64,000 bases of DNA from an uncultured Desulfatitalea sp. (GTDB lineage Bacteria; Desulfobacterota; Desulfobacteria; Desulfobacterales; Desulfosarcinaceae), in NCBI GenBank assembly GCA_963668675.2, contig CAXXMB010000001.1:224001-288000 (forward strand). Direction: 5' to 3'. Below the pieces are notes generated by a model. The model ran no database searches. It was not told where the DNA came from and worked only from the letters and a program-made list of their open reading frames with translations. This document shows positions 1-9,065 of the stretch, piece after piece. The first letter of the stretch is position 1. Each line of letters opens with the position of its first letter. The position numbers were made by a program, and so were the translations under genes.

Positions 1-402
1 TATATGCTCTTTCAAGATTGTATCCACCGATGTCGCAGGCATCCCGACCACTTCGAATAGATTTTTCACCGTCATCGGAAGGCCGTGAAGCGGCCCCCAC
101 ACCTTCCCCTGCGCAAGGGCTTTGTCCGCATCCATCGCTCGTTGACGGGCAGCCGGCAGGTCCATCGCCACAACTGCATTGATATCGCCATTGTGGTGCG
201 CGATGCGCTCGACGTAGCGGTTGAGAAGCTCAAGAGAGGTGACCTCACCGTGCCGAATTGCGCGCGTCAGCTCGGTGGCGGACTTGAAGCACAACGGTTC
301 TATCGCCTGGGCAGGTCCGTTGTGGTGATTCAAGCAGGTAAACAGAGCGCTGCTAAGAACCAAGATTGCGATGAGTTTAGCCGACTTTTTAAATAGGGTC
401 AT
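1..402 (-). CDS. Amidase-signature family protein, N-terminal part (runs off window start); paralogue of 3567-5048
   Basis: Manual translation from ATG at 402: MTLFKKSAKLIAILVLSSALFTCLN...SATELTRAIRHGEVTSLELLNRYVERI...GPLHGLPMTVKNLFEVVGMPATS. It is collinear with the downstream amidase and is not in the ORF track. Confidence 0.85.
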   Translation of the reverse strand, partial: MTLFKKSAKLIAILVLSSALFTCLNHHNGPAQAIEPLCFKSATELTRAIRHGEVTSLELLNRYVERIAHHNGDINAVVAMDLPAARQRAMDADKALAQGKVWGPLHGLPMTVKNLFEVVGMPATSVDTILKEHI

Positions 403-489
403 GGTTGTTCTTCTTAAAATCTACCGAATAGATCCCAATAAACTGATATGTTCAGGGTCTCCCCAATAGTCGCGCTTCTTCCGGTGCGC

Positions 490-1104
490 TTAAGCGATGG
501 GATGGCCAATTAGCCCTAAAATTCCGTCAGCAATGAATTGAACGGCAAGCGATGCCAGCAGGACACCCAGTAATCGCTTTATAATGGAATTTGCGGTTTC
601 ACCAATAAAACCGGCAATTTTTCGGGACAAAAGAAGTGTGATCAGTGTCAAGGCCAGGATGAACACAATCGCAAGTGTTGTGGAGAATAAACCCCCTTCT
701 ATTTGGCCAGCCTTGGAAAACAGCAGAATGGTCAGTGTCAGACATCCAGGGCCCGCCATAAGTGGAATTGAAAGTGGAAATACCACAATATCGTTTGATG
801 GTTTATAGGTGCCGCCCTCGTGTGAGGTGTCAGGCCGAACGACCATGCTGAAAGCCGTATAAAAAAGAAGAAGCCCACCTGCAATACGGAAGGCCTCGAT
901 CGTAATGCCGAGTCGGGCCAGCAGATGCGTCCCGAAAAAGCCGAACCCCAGGATGACGAGCAAAGAGAGGAGCGTTGCACGCAAAGCGATTTTTCTGCAT
1001 TCCAAGGCATCCTGGCCGGCCGTCAACGAATTGAAAATAAGGGCTACACCGAGAGGGTCTATCACAACGAAGTATGCAACAACAGCATTGAGCAAGGTTT
1101 CCAT
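490..1104 (-). CDS. marC: MarC family inner membrane protein
   Basis: 204 aa, hydrophobic; motifs VIDPLG, AFRIAGGLLLF, PLSIPLMAGPG, RLLGVLLASLAVQFI. Confidence 0.9.
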   Translation of the reverse strand: METLLNAVVAYFVVIDPLGVALIFNSLTAGQDALECRKIALRATLLSLLVILGFGFFGTHLLARLGITIEAFRIAGGLLLFYTAFSMVVRPDTSHEGGTYKPSNDIVVFPLSIPLMAGPGCLTLTILLFSKAGQIEGGLFSTTLAIVFILALTLITLLLSRKIAGFIGETANSIIKRLLGVLLASLAVQFIADGILGLIGHPIA

Positions 1105-1120
1105 ATCGAGTTTATCTTTT

Positions 1121-1177
1121 GGCCAGAGGTTGAATCAATCGGCGGGTGTACTTGCCCGCCTGAATAGTTTGTTAGGC
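1121..1177 (-). other. Degenerate attC-like site
   Basis: Minus strand GCCTAAC-aaactaTTCA-GGCGG...CCGCC-gaTTGAttcaac-CTCTGGC, 57 bp, 16 nt before the marC start; the R' GTT core is lost. Confidence 0.4.
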
Positions 1178-1437
1178 GCCTTTAGCTTATGCACATACCT
1201 CATTTCGGGGAATAGCGCTTTATCTTTGTCGACATCAACCATTATCAGGCGGAGCAACTTAGATGGCTTATCTAATCCGATATGAATGAAGCCGGACTCC
1301 TTTTCATCCTCCCAGGCCCACGTCCCTGAGATTGATGCGTCAATCTGTTCTTTGTCAGGATTTGTGAGAGGGTTTTACGAATCGGAAACACAGCCCAATA
1401 TGGAAAGGGACAACAGCAATATAAATAAATAACGCAT
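1135..1437 (-). pseudogene. Small lipoprotein gene interrupted by an in-frame TAA
   Basis: MRYLFILLLSLSILGCVSDS*NPLTNPDKEQIDASISGTWAWEDEKESGFIHIGLD...; lipobox ILGC; the frame stays open for about 80 codons after the stop. Confidence 0.6.
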
Positions 1438-1470
1438 ACTTTTCCCTTCATACATCTGTTGGAAGTGAAT

Positions 1471-1938
1471 CTACCGGCATATATCAGCAAGCACTCCATC
1501 GATCAGGTTTTCCAGATCCCCGGGGCTCAATTCAATTTGCAGCCCCCTGCGGCCGGCGCTGACATATATGGTGGCATGTTGTTTGGCCGAGGAGTCGATA
1601 AACGTTTTGAGGCGCTTTTTTTGAGCTATCGGGCTTACGCCCCCTAACACATATCCTGTCGAACGCTCCACATCGGATTGGGCAGCCATAGCAGCTCTCT
1701 TTGCACCGGCAACCTTAGCGATGCGTTTCATGTTTAACATGCAAGAGACAGGAATTACCCCCACAGCCAGTTCATTGTTATCCAGGCTCACGACCAGGGT
1801 TTTAAAAACCCTATCCTCTGGTACCCCCATCTTTTCGGCCGCCTCTGATCCATAGGATTCACTCGATGGGTCGTGATCGTACTCATGCACGAGGTGCGAA
1901 ATTTTTTTCTTTTTCGCGAAATTTATCGCTGGCGTCAT
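1471..1938 (-). CDS. ybaK: Cys-tRNA(Pro) deacylase YbaK
   Basis: MTPAI..., VFKTLV, TGYVLGGVSP, VSAGRRGLQIEL. Confidence 0.92.
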   Translation of the reverse strand: MTPAINFAKKKKISHLVHEYDHDPSSESYGSEAAEKMGVPEDRVFKTLVVSLDNNELAVGVIPVSCMLNMKRIAKVAGAKRAAMAAQSDVERSTGYVLGGVSPIAQKKRLKTFIDSSAKQHATIYVSAGRRGLQIELSPGDLENLIDGVLADICR

Positions 1939-1951
1939 CTTTATCTCATGC

Positions 1952-2027
1952 GATTAACGGCGCCGCAAATCGGATGGCAAAGTAGCGTATCGCATTTGCC
2001 ATACCATTTTTAACTGCCGTTTATGTG
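1952..2027 (-). other. Degenerate attC-like imperfect palindrome
   Basis: Minus strand CACATAAACGGC...ATGGCAAA/TTTGCCAT...GCCGTTAATC, 13 nt before the ybaK ATG. Confidence 0.4.
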
Positions 2028-2136
2028 CCCTGTAACTCGACATGGCAACAACGAAAAATAGCATTGCCACAGCATTCATAAAGGTCATCTACTTCCTATC
2101 CGATATATATTTACTGCAAAACGGGCCAGTCAACTC

Positions 2137-3459
2137 TTAAGATTTGTGTGTGCTTTGCTTTTCGGCCTTTGGAAGGTTCATTGTTCGCCCGGTAACCACC
2201 CGAAACATAAATTCGATAAAAAGAGCAGTGCCTACCATTGCGAACAGAAACCAAAGCTGTCCGGGTGAATTTTTCCAGGTCTGCCAGATCAGACTCCCTA
2301 GTGCACCAAGACAGAGTCCGACTCCGATCAGCGAGAGAGGGCGGTTGCTCCCCGTGTCGTCCGCCAGTGCCACGTTCGCGCCATTGACCGCTGCAAAAAT
2401 TAAGAGGAACCCGGCACTTCCCATCATCGACATACTGGAAAGGTCGGCCAGATTAGCGATTAACAGGGTAGCTCCTGATGTAATAAACAGCCCACCCATT
2501 GGCTTTCCCCATGTCTCTTTCTCCAACATGCTTGGCAGTTCGCCGTCTTTTGCAATGACATAACTCAGTCGGGCAGCACCGTAAATCGTGGCATTGATGG
2601 CGGAAGCCGTTGAAAGCATGGCTGCTATGGCAATCAAGATGAAACCTGTTTGCCCCAGGGATGGTCGGGCTGCCTCAGCCAGCGCATAGTCTTTTGCATC
2701 TACAATTTTGTCGACAGGCAGAGACCCAACGGTAACGATGGCCACAAGGACATAAAGAACGATAACGAAAACGACGCTTGAATAGAACGCGCGAGGCAAT
2801 GTCTTTGGTGCGTCCTGCACATCTTGCGCAGTGTTGGCAATCAACTCGAATCCCTCATAGGCAAGAAAAATGATCATCCCGCCTGAAATCAGATGCAGCG
2901 GAGGTGACCAAGCCGACGGCGCCAGTTTGGTGCCGTCAATACCAATTATTCCAACCCCGATGAAAAGGGACAGAATCAGCAATTTAAGGAGCACAATCCA
3001 ATCTTCTGCCTCGCCAATCAATTTGGCGTTTAACAGGTTCAGCCCCGTAATCCCGGCGACACTGCCCGTGATCAGAAGGTGTTTCCAAAAAATCTGTGAG
3101 GCTGGGTCAAAGAAGGATGCGCCATAGCTTCCGAAAGCATAGGCATAGAGCGATAGCATGACGATGTAACTTATCCACAGCAGGATGTTTACGGTTCCCG
3201 TCAGCGGGCCTGAGCCAAATGCACGATCCAGGAATGAAACGGTTCCTCCTTGACTCGGGAAAGTGACGGAGAGCCTTGTGTACGAATAAGAGGTAACAAG
3301 GGCAACGATACCCGCAATCAGGAAGGCCACTGGAGCGCCTCCGTTGGTTAACTCCACTGAAAGGCCAAGAACGGCAAAGATACCGCCTCCGACCATTCCA
3401 CCGATCCCTATTGCTGTTACCTCCCAGTATCCAAGATTTTCTTTTCTGGACATACTCAT
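2137..3459 (-). CDS. APC family amino acid permease
   Basis: 440 aa, about 12 TM; GIGGMVGGGIF, FLAYEGFE, ARLSYVIAKDGELP. Confidence 0.9.
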   Translation of the reverse strand: MSMSRKENLGYWEVTAIGIGGMVGGGIFAVLGLSVELTNGGAPVAFLIAGIVALVTSYSYTRLSVTFPSQGGTVSFLDRAFGSGPLTGTVNILLWISYIVMLSLYAYAFGSYGASFFDPASQIFWKHLLITGSVAGITGLNLLNAKLIGEAEDWIVLLKLLILSLFIGVGIIGIDGTKLAPSAWSPPLHLISGGMIIFLAYEGFELIANTAQDVQDAPKTLPRAFYSSVVFVIVLYVLVAIVTVGSLPVDKIVDAKDYALAEAARPSLGQTGFILIAIAAMLSTASAINATIYGAARLSYVIAKDGELPSMLEKETWGKPMGGLFITSGATLLIANLADLSSMSMMGSAGFLLIFAAVNGANVALADDTGSNRPLSLIGVGLCLGALGSLIWQTWKNSPGQLWFLFAMVGTALFIEFMFRVVTGRTMNLPKAEKQSTHKS

Positions 3460-3566
3460 ACTCTGTTTAAGTGTTTTTAAGCTTTACCCTTAAAATTCTC
3501 TTTTCTCTGTGGACTCTGTGGTGAAATATCCATTATCCGATACTCCCTGTGAAAGAAGCTGTCATG

Positions 3567-5048
3567 CTAATCCTTATAACCCGGTGGCGCTACGAATCCA
3601 CCAGTGAGTTCAGACAAGCCGCGAGCGAAGTCTATGGTTGTGCGATCTTCAAATCTGGCCCCGATGATCTGGATACCCACCGGAAGGCCTGAGTCATTTC
3701 GTCCGGCCGGTGCTACCGTTGCGGGTAGACCTGACACAATGGCCATATATGACCAAACAATAGAATTAATCATGGGCTTCAACTTTCCGTTTACAGCCAA
3801 GCTGAGCTCCGAAAGCGGCCCTTCATGGTTATGCGCAAAGGCCACCGTCGGAGATACGGGGGTGAGCAGTACATCGTAGTCTTTGAAGAATTCAGCCCAC
3901 ATCGCTTGCTCTCTTTTCTGTTCGGCGACAAACGTTTCGTTCAGCGGCAGGGCGCGCATCTGCATCTCAGTGTAGATTTTATACCAAATTTCAGCACTCC
4001 TCTTCAGAGTGACCTGGGGACGTGCCTGCTCGTCTACAAAAAGGCCGGCGTCGCGCAGGCGCCTCACTGTCCTTTGGAGCGTCGCCAAAACATCGGCGTC
4101 GATTTCAGCTTCGGGGTCAGCATCTGTGAACCACACCGCAACGCGATAATCCCTGAATTGCTCTCTTCGGGCCGGCAAAAGGTCAGATCGGCCGCCGTTC
4201 CTTTTCTCACTGCCCGACGTCGTTAAAACATCCAAGGCAAGCGCCAGGTCATCGGCGCTTCGGGCCAGAGGACCTACCACAAATAGTGGAATTATAGGCA
4301 TTGCTCCCTGGGTAAGCTGACCCGGCATTGGAGGTATGTGACCATATCGCGGGACGATGCCAAAGGTGGGCTTGTGTCCAAAGATCCCATTGTAGCCGGC
4401 AGGCAAACGGATTGAACCTCCTATGTCGCTACCCAACTCCAGAGGGGTGAGTCCCGCAGCGAGGGCCGCAGCCGAGCCGCCGGAAGAACCACCGGGCGTT
4501 CTGGATAGATCCCACGGATTGTTCGTAGTGCCATAGATATCGTTGTAGCTTTGAATATCCGATGCATGGTATGGCACGTTCGTTTTGCCAAAGATGATGG
4601 CACCCGAGTCGACAAGGCGTTGCACGGCTATCGCATTACTTTTCGGTATGTGGTTTTTTAGGCCCGGGTCACCCGATGTTGCCGGCATGCCGACCACTTC
4701 GAATACATCTTTTACTGTCATTGGCAAACCGTGCAGAGGCCCCCAGTTTTGGCCCATGGCGAGCGCTTTGTCAGCCGCTGCTGCCCGCGCTTGAGCGGCT
4801 TCGATGTCCAAGGCCACGACAGCATTGATATCGCCGTTATAACGCTGTATGCGTTCAAGGTAGAGATTGAGAAGATCGACGGAGCTGATTTCACCGCTCC
4901 GAATGGCACTAATCAATTCGGTGGCGGACCTGAAATGGAAAGTCTCGATCCGTTGGGCAGGTTTGTCATAGCCCTTCTCACAGCCAAGTAGAGCGCCTGC
5001 GAGAAGCATGATGACGCTTAGCTTGAGAACCTTTTTGTAACGTGTCAC
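3567..5048 (-). CDS. Amidase-signature family protein with lipoprotein signal
   Basis: GPLHGLPMTVKD, GKTNVP, TPGGSSGGSAAA, GSDIGGSIRLPA; N-terminal lipobox LLGC. Confidence 0.92.
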   Translation of the reverse strand: MTRYKKVLKLSVIMLLAGALLGCEKGYDKPAQRIETFHFRSATELISAIRSGEISSVDLLNLYLERIQRYNGDINAVVALDIEAAQARAAAADKALAMGQNWGPLHGLPMTVKDVFEVVGMPATSGDPGLKNHIPKSNAIAVQRLVDSGAIIFGKTNVPYHASDIQSYNDIYGTTNNPWDLSRTPGGSSGGSAAALAAGLTPLELGSDIGGSIRLPAGYNGIFGHKPTFGIVPRYGHIPPMPGQLTQGAMPIIPLFVVGPLARSADDLALALDVLTTSGSEKRNGGRSDLLPARREQFRDYRVAVWFTDADPEAEIDADVLATLQRTVRRLRDAGLFVDEQARPQVTLKRSAEIWYKIYTEMQMRALPLNETFVAEQKREQAMWAEFFKDYDVLLTPVSPTVAFAHNHEGPLSELSLAVNGKLKPMINSIVWSYMAIVSGLPATVAPAGRNDSGLPVGIQIIGARFEDRTTIDFARGLSELTGGFVAPPGYKD

Positions 5049-5331
5049 GGCTTTTCCTCCCCCCCATCTGGTTTTATGTTTCGTCCACCGTGGCTCTGTT
5101 TTTACATCTTCCCCAAGCTTCTACAACATTTAGATTTTTATTCAAAAATTGACTGCGTAAGCTTTCATCAACACGGTTGAGTGGACAAGCAAAATTGATA
5201 CATTGTGAACACATAAAATTGATTAGGTCATAAAAAAGCCGCTGGCTGTCATAGCATAGACGAACAACAGAAATAGATGTATGTGGGGCGGTAGCGCAAC
5301 ACATGGCTTGATGAAAACGGCGGCATGGTTA

Positions 5332-6480
5332 TCACGATAGTGCTGGCATGAGAAATTGGTCACTGTGGCGAAAGACGCCTTCGATGCCGCCATTGGAAAA
5401 GGCGATCTGCCACAGCTGATTCATTTTGGAGCGAAAACTACCGGCACACGAAAGCAGGTAGTATGTCCACATCCGGTAAAAGCGTTCGCTGTAATTGGCT
5501 TTTAGCCGGTCCCAATTGGCAGTGAAATTGTCGTACCAGGCCATCAAGGTTTTGTCATAATACTGACCGAAGCTGTGCCAGTCTTCAAGGACCAGCAGAC
5601 CTTCGGCCGCATTGGTAATCTGCCTGGCGGAAGGGAGCATGGAGTTGGGGAAGATATACTTTTCGATCCAGGGATCGAGGCTTTTGGTCGATCGGTTGCC
5701 GCCGATGGTATGCAGCAGGAAGATACCCTCAGGATTTAGGCAGCGCTGGACCGTTTTCATATAGGTGCGATAGTTTTTATACCCCACATGCTCGAACATG
5801 CCCACGGAGACCACCGCATCGAATTTTTCATTCAGATCCCGATAGTCCATCAATTCTACCCGGACATCCGGTTCACGGCATTCGGCCTTCACGTATTCCA
5901 TCTGCTCCCGCGATACGGTCACCCCCAATACCCTGGCCCCGTGTTCAGACGCGGCATGTTTGATAAACCCGCCCCAACCGCATCCGATATCCAATACCGT
6001 CATCCCGGGCCTCAACCCGATTTTCCGGCAGATGAGTTCCACCTTGGCTTGCTGGGCATCGTCCAGCGTATCGGCATCATGCCAGTAGGCGCATGAATAG
6101 TTCATGTCCCGGTCCAGCATGGCCGAAAACAGATCGTTGCCGATATCGTAATGCCGCTTGCCCACCACAAAGGCTTTGGTTCGGTTCTGGGCATTGAACG
6201 CCAAGACCTTCAATACTGGCCACGGAGCGCTTTTAATCACCGTTACGGCTTTTTCATGGATACGATGTGTAAAAAGCCTGGTAAACATTCGATCAAGGGC
6301 AGGGCACTCCCACCAGCCGTCCATGTAGCTTTCGCCCAGGGCCAGGGATCCGACGGAGAAAACCCGTTGGTAAAACCCGGAATTCAATACCTGAATGTCC
6401 CAGGGCCGCTCACCGTTGATCTTGATATCCGCGGATTCCAGCAGTGCACGCAAGACGGTTTCTTCTTTTGATCCGCTCAT
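5332..6480 (-). CDS. cfa: Cyclopropane-fatty-acyl-phospholipid synthase
   Basis: LGESYMDGWW, HYDIGNDLF, YSCAYW, LDIGCGWG, SVGMFEHVG, FYRMWTYYL. Confidence 0.95.
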   Translation of the reverse strand: MSGSKEETVLRALLESADIKINGERPWDIQVLNSGFYQRVFSVGSLALGESYMDGWWECPALDRMFTRLFTHRIHEKAVTVIKSAPWPVLKVLAFNAQNRTKAFVVGKRHYDIGNDLFSAMLDRDMNYSCAYWHDADTLDDAQQAKVELICRKIGLRPGMTVLDIGCGWGGFIKHAASEHGARVLGVTVSREQMEYVKAECREPDVRVELMDYRDLNEKFDAVVSVGMFEHVGYKNYRTYMKTVQRCLNPEGIFLLHTIGGNRSTKSLDPWIEKYIFPNSMLPSARQITNAAEGLLVLEDWHSFGQYYDKTLMAWYDNFTANWDRLKANYSERFYRMWTYYLLSCAGSFRSKMNQLWQIAFSNGGIEGVFRHSDQFLMPALS

Positions 6481-6745
6481 GATATTCTCCTATCATGACC
6501 TTCGGGATTAAGAAAAGAGCCGCTCGGAAAGCATTCTTTAGCCTTCTATTTGCAGGGTTGTCTCCCCCAGTACAGATCTATCGATTCAATAAAGGTTGCC
6601 ATTTTGGGTAAAACCTCTGTTTTTTCACACACACCTAAAAATGCCGGGCCGCTACCGCCAAACATTTTTGATCTCCCTTTACTTAATCAAATATTAGCGG
6701 CCGATTTGCAGATAATGCCATATCTTTCTGGTGATCCGCAAGGCG

Positions 6746-7594
6746 CTATTTTTTCAGGTATTTAAAGCTCGGTCCCGGCCGTCCCACAAAACACGACTGT
6801 GAAAAATCGTACTTTTCCATGATGGAAAAAGCCCGGCGGGCCTCCATTTTATTCTCGCCGAAATCAAACAGATAGTGATTGCCGTCCACAATCTTCCAAT
6901 GACCTCCCACCGATTTCAATTGGATTTTTGAGGGATTGAATCCGATGCAGTCCTCCCCCTTGAGTCTGCCGGAGGGTGCTTCGCCAGAGCTCAGCATGTA
7001 TTGGAAAGACGGGTCCGGACGGCCGACAAAGCAGGACTGGTTCATTCTATAGTGCTTGATGATTCGCAGGGCTTGCCTGGCCTCCATTTTATTCTCGCCG
7101 AAATCAAACAGATAGTGATTGCCCTCCACCACCTTCCACCGCCCCTTTATTTTACTTACCTCAATGCGGTTGGGGTTAAAGCCGATGCAATCCTCCCGAA
7201 CGGATGGGGTTTGCTGTGGTGTGTATCCGTCCCGGACCCAACGCGAACCGCCAAAGCCACCTGACTTTTGCTCGGCCACAAGGACATTTCCGTTTTGTTT
7301 TATTTTCAAAGTCAGCTGGCCATTGCCCGTCGCTTTTCCCTTGGGTACATCAGCCCAGGTGCCTCCGATCATATCGCCCTTGATGCGTCCATTGTAGACG
7401 TTGGACCATTGAGGCTTGGTCATATTGAGCTCGCCGTACCAGTATAGCGTTTTGCCGAGCTGCCGCAGGTAGTAGTGCCCTCCGTCGTCGCATCGCCACA
7501 CACCGGTTAGATCCGCGACCGCCATGGCAGGAAGAGACAGGGTGATAACCAGCATAGCCATTGTAAAAAATCGATTTGCTTTCCGTCGTTTCAT
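6746..7594 (-). CDS. Secreted hypothetical protein with an N-terminal beta-rich domain and two 80-aa Cys-containing repeats
   Basis: Signal peptide (…LSLPAMA); repeat unit EDCIGFNP...NHYLFDFGENKMEAR...QSCFVGRP.PSF.Y occurs twice; start chosen at the ATG after the GGAG RBS. Confidence 0.8.
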   Translation of the reverse strand: MKRRKANRFFTMAMLVITLSLPAMAVADLTGVWRCDDGGHYYLRQLGKTLYWYGELNMTKPQWSNVYNGRIKGDMIGGTWADVPKGKATGNGQLTLKIKQNGNVLVAEQKSGGFGGSRWVRDGYTPQQTPSVREDCIGFNPNRIEVSKIKGRWKVVEGNHYLFDFGENKMEARQALRIIKHYRMNQSCFVGRPDPSFQYMLSSGEAPSGRLKGEDCIGFNPSKIQLKSVGGHWKIVDGNHYLFDFGENKMEARRAFSIMEKYDFSQSCFVGRPGPSFKYLKK

Positions 7595-7741
7595 GATCGT
7601 TTCTCCTATGGGCTTATGGGGCATATGCTATCTTGCAACGTCGTCTACACTTACCTTTGCATTCTTATCGTTTCCCATCCCAGACGCCTGAAGTTGAATC
7701 GTGTGGCGCGCCCTTTGTGTGATCTCGCCCGCAAAAAGCGC

Positions 7742-9010
7742 TCACAACTTCATTATATACACGACCCATATGAATTCCGGCAAATGCTCAGCTTCACTCA
7801 TATCGTGGGTATGTTCCGAGACAGGCATCGTATGCTGTCTGCCTGCACCTGAATGTATGGTTTGAGTGCGCGATGGCTTATCTGTACAACCATGGCTATG
7901 CTGTTTGGCTCCTCCTGGATTTCCGGCATCGCTATACTCGTTTGTACCGCGAATAAAGCGACCGCGTAGATCAGGGGTCCCCATTTGTCCGTCACAGATG
8001 GCCCATCCATCCGGGGCCAAAATTGTCGTTTTTTCTGATTCCGAATCCAATCCGAAAATAAACTCGCCTGTCGGGTACCATGGGAGTATCGTCCCTTTGG
8101 GAACGCCAAAGTTGGCTGTCGGCACCTTAAATTGTTTCTCGTCCGGATCTAATATACTCCTCGCATTTTTCCACTCGCGACGCAGGGTCGGCCAATAGGG
8201 TTTCAATGTAATCTCAATCGGCGCAACCGAAAATCGAATATTCCCGGCACCAATATCATCCAGCAGCCGGTTGATCCCCTCGAAATCCCGCACTACAACC
8301 AACCCCCCATCGCTGCGGCCACCTGACGTCGCTTCAAAAAGTATCTCAACTCCCATTTTATCAAGTTCCGCCTGGTGTTGCTTGCGCACGCCGGCGTCCA
8401 CACTGAATCCTCCGTAAGTTACCCTAAAAGCGGCCGATAAGGTGGAAGTGTCTTCGGTTGAAAATTTACTCACCTTGCCCTGTATACCGATGCGAAGGCC
8501 ATATCGAATAGCATCCACATAGTGAGATCCGTAACGGGCTAAAAACAACTCTTGATCCCTTACCGGATCACCCTCCATCTCGGATTCCGGGTTTCGCTGC
8601 CAGATGATCTCCCGGGCCGAAAGGCTTGCGGATTCTCCAGTGTGTTCCAGCAGTGCATAGACCGTATGATAGCTGCTTTTTTGCTTGGAGGCCGCTTCAT
8701 ACGATTGATTTACGCTTGCGAGTCCGTAGCTGGCTTTAAAGTATTGGCTGAGAACATCGCTTTCTTCCTTGGCTTCCAATTTTTCCTTGAACGCCATGGT
8801 CTCATTGATAATATCTCGTGCCTTGATAACGCCTGTTCCTTGCGTTCCCGTGTCCGCCACTTCCGCCCCTTCAGGCTTGAATGCGGAATAGGTGGATTTG
8901 ATAGGGTGAATCGGATCATGCAAATCAACGCCATCCCCGAGGTTGATCTGAGGGGTATTGATGTAGCGCGGATCAAGTTGGAAATTTCTAACGCTGGTGT
9001 AGTAACTCAT
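7742..9010 (-). CDS. MACPF-like domain fused to a phage tail-collar domain
   Basis: LGDGVD near the N-terminus; FLARYGSHYVDAIRYG (aa 156-171); PIEITLKP; C-terminal VPKGTILPW...PDGWAICDG..GTPDLRGRFIRG...HSH...HTH...LPEFIWVVYIMKL. Confidence 0.7.
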   Translation of the reverse strand: MSYYTSVRNFQLDPRYINTPQINLGDGVDLHDPIHPIKSTYSAFKPEGAEVADTGTQGTGVIKARDIINETMAFKEKLEAKEESDVLSQYFKASYGLASVNQSYEAASKQKSSYHTVYALLEHTGESASLSAREIIWQRNPESEMEGDPVRDQELFLARYGSHYVDAIRYGLRIGIQGKVSKFSTEDTSTLSAAFRVTYGGFSVDAGVRKQHQAELDKMGVEILFEATSGGRSDGGLVVVRDFEGINRLLDDIGAGNIRFSVAPIEITLKPYWPTLRREWKNARSILDPDEKQFKVPTANFGVPKGTILPWYPTGEFIFGLDSESEKTTILAPDGWAICDGQMGTPDLRGRFIRGTNEYSDAGNPGGAKQHSHGCTDKPSRTQTIHSGAGRQHTMPVSEHTHDMSEAEHLPEFIWVVYIMKL

Positions 9011-9065
9011 CCGGTAACCCCCCCACAGTTATGAGTGCTTGTCGGCATGCCCTTAACTTTTTAGC

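Noticed and set aside
85..396. 103-aa plus-strand ORF
   Set aside because: Antisense shadow of the minus-strand amidase fragment
3495..3550. CTCTGTG-type short repeat between the permease and the amidase
   Set aside because: Only two degenerate units; too weak to call
6839..7123. Direct repeat considered as a CRISPR or DGR template/variable pair
   Set aside because: Only two in-frame copies inside one CDS; no spacer array, no adenine-specific mismatch pattern and no cas or reverse transcriptase gene
7742..8110. Tail-collar domain as evidence of a prophage
   Set aside because: No integrase, capsid, terminase, baseplate or sheath genes in the window
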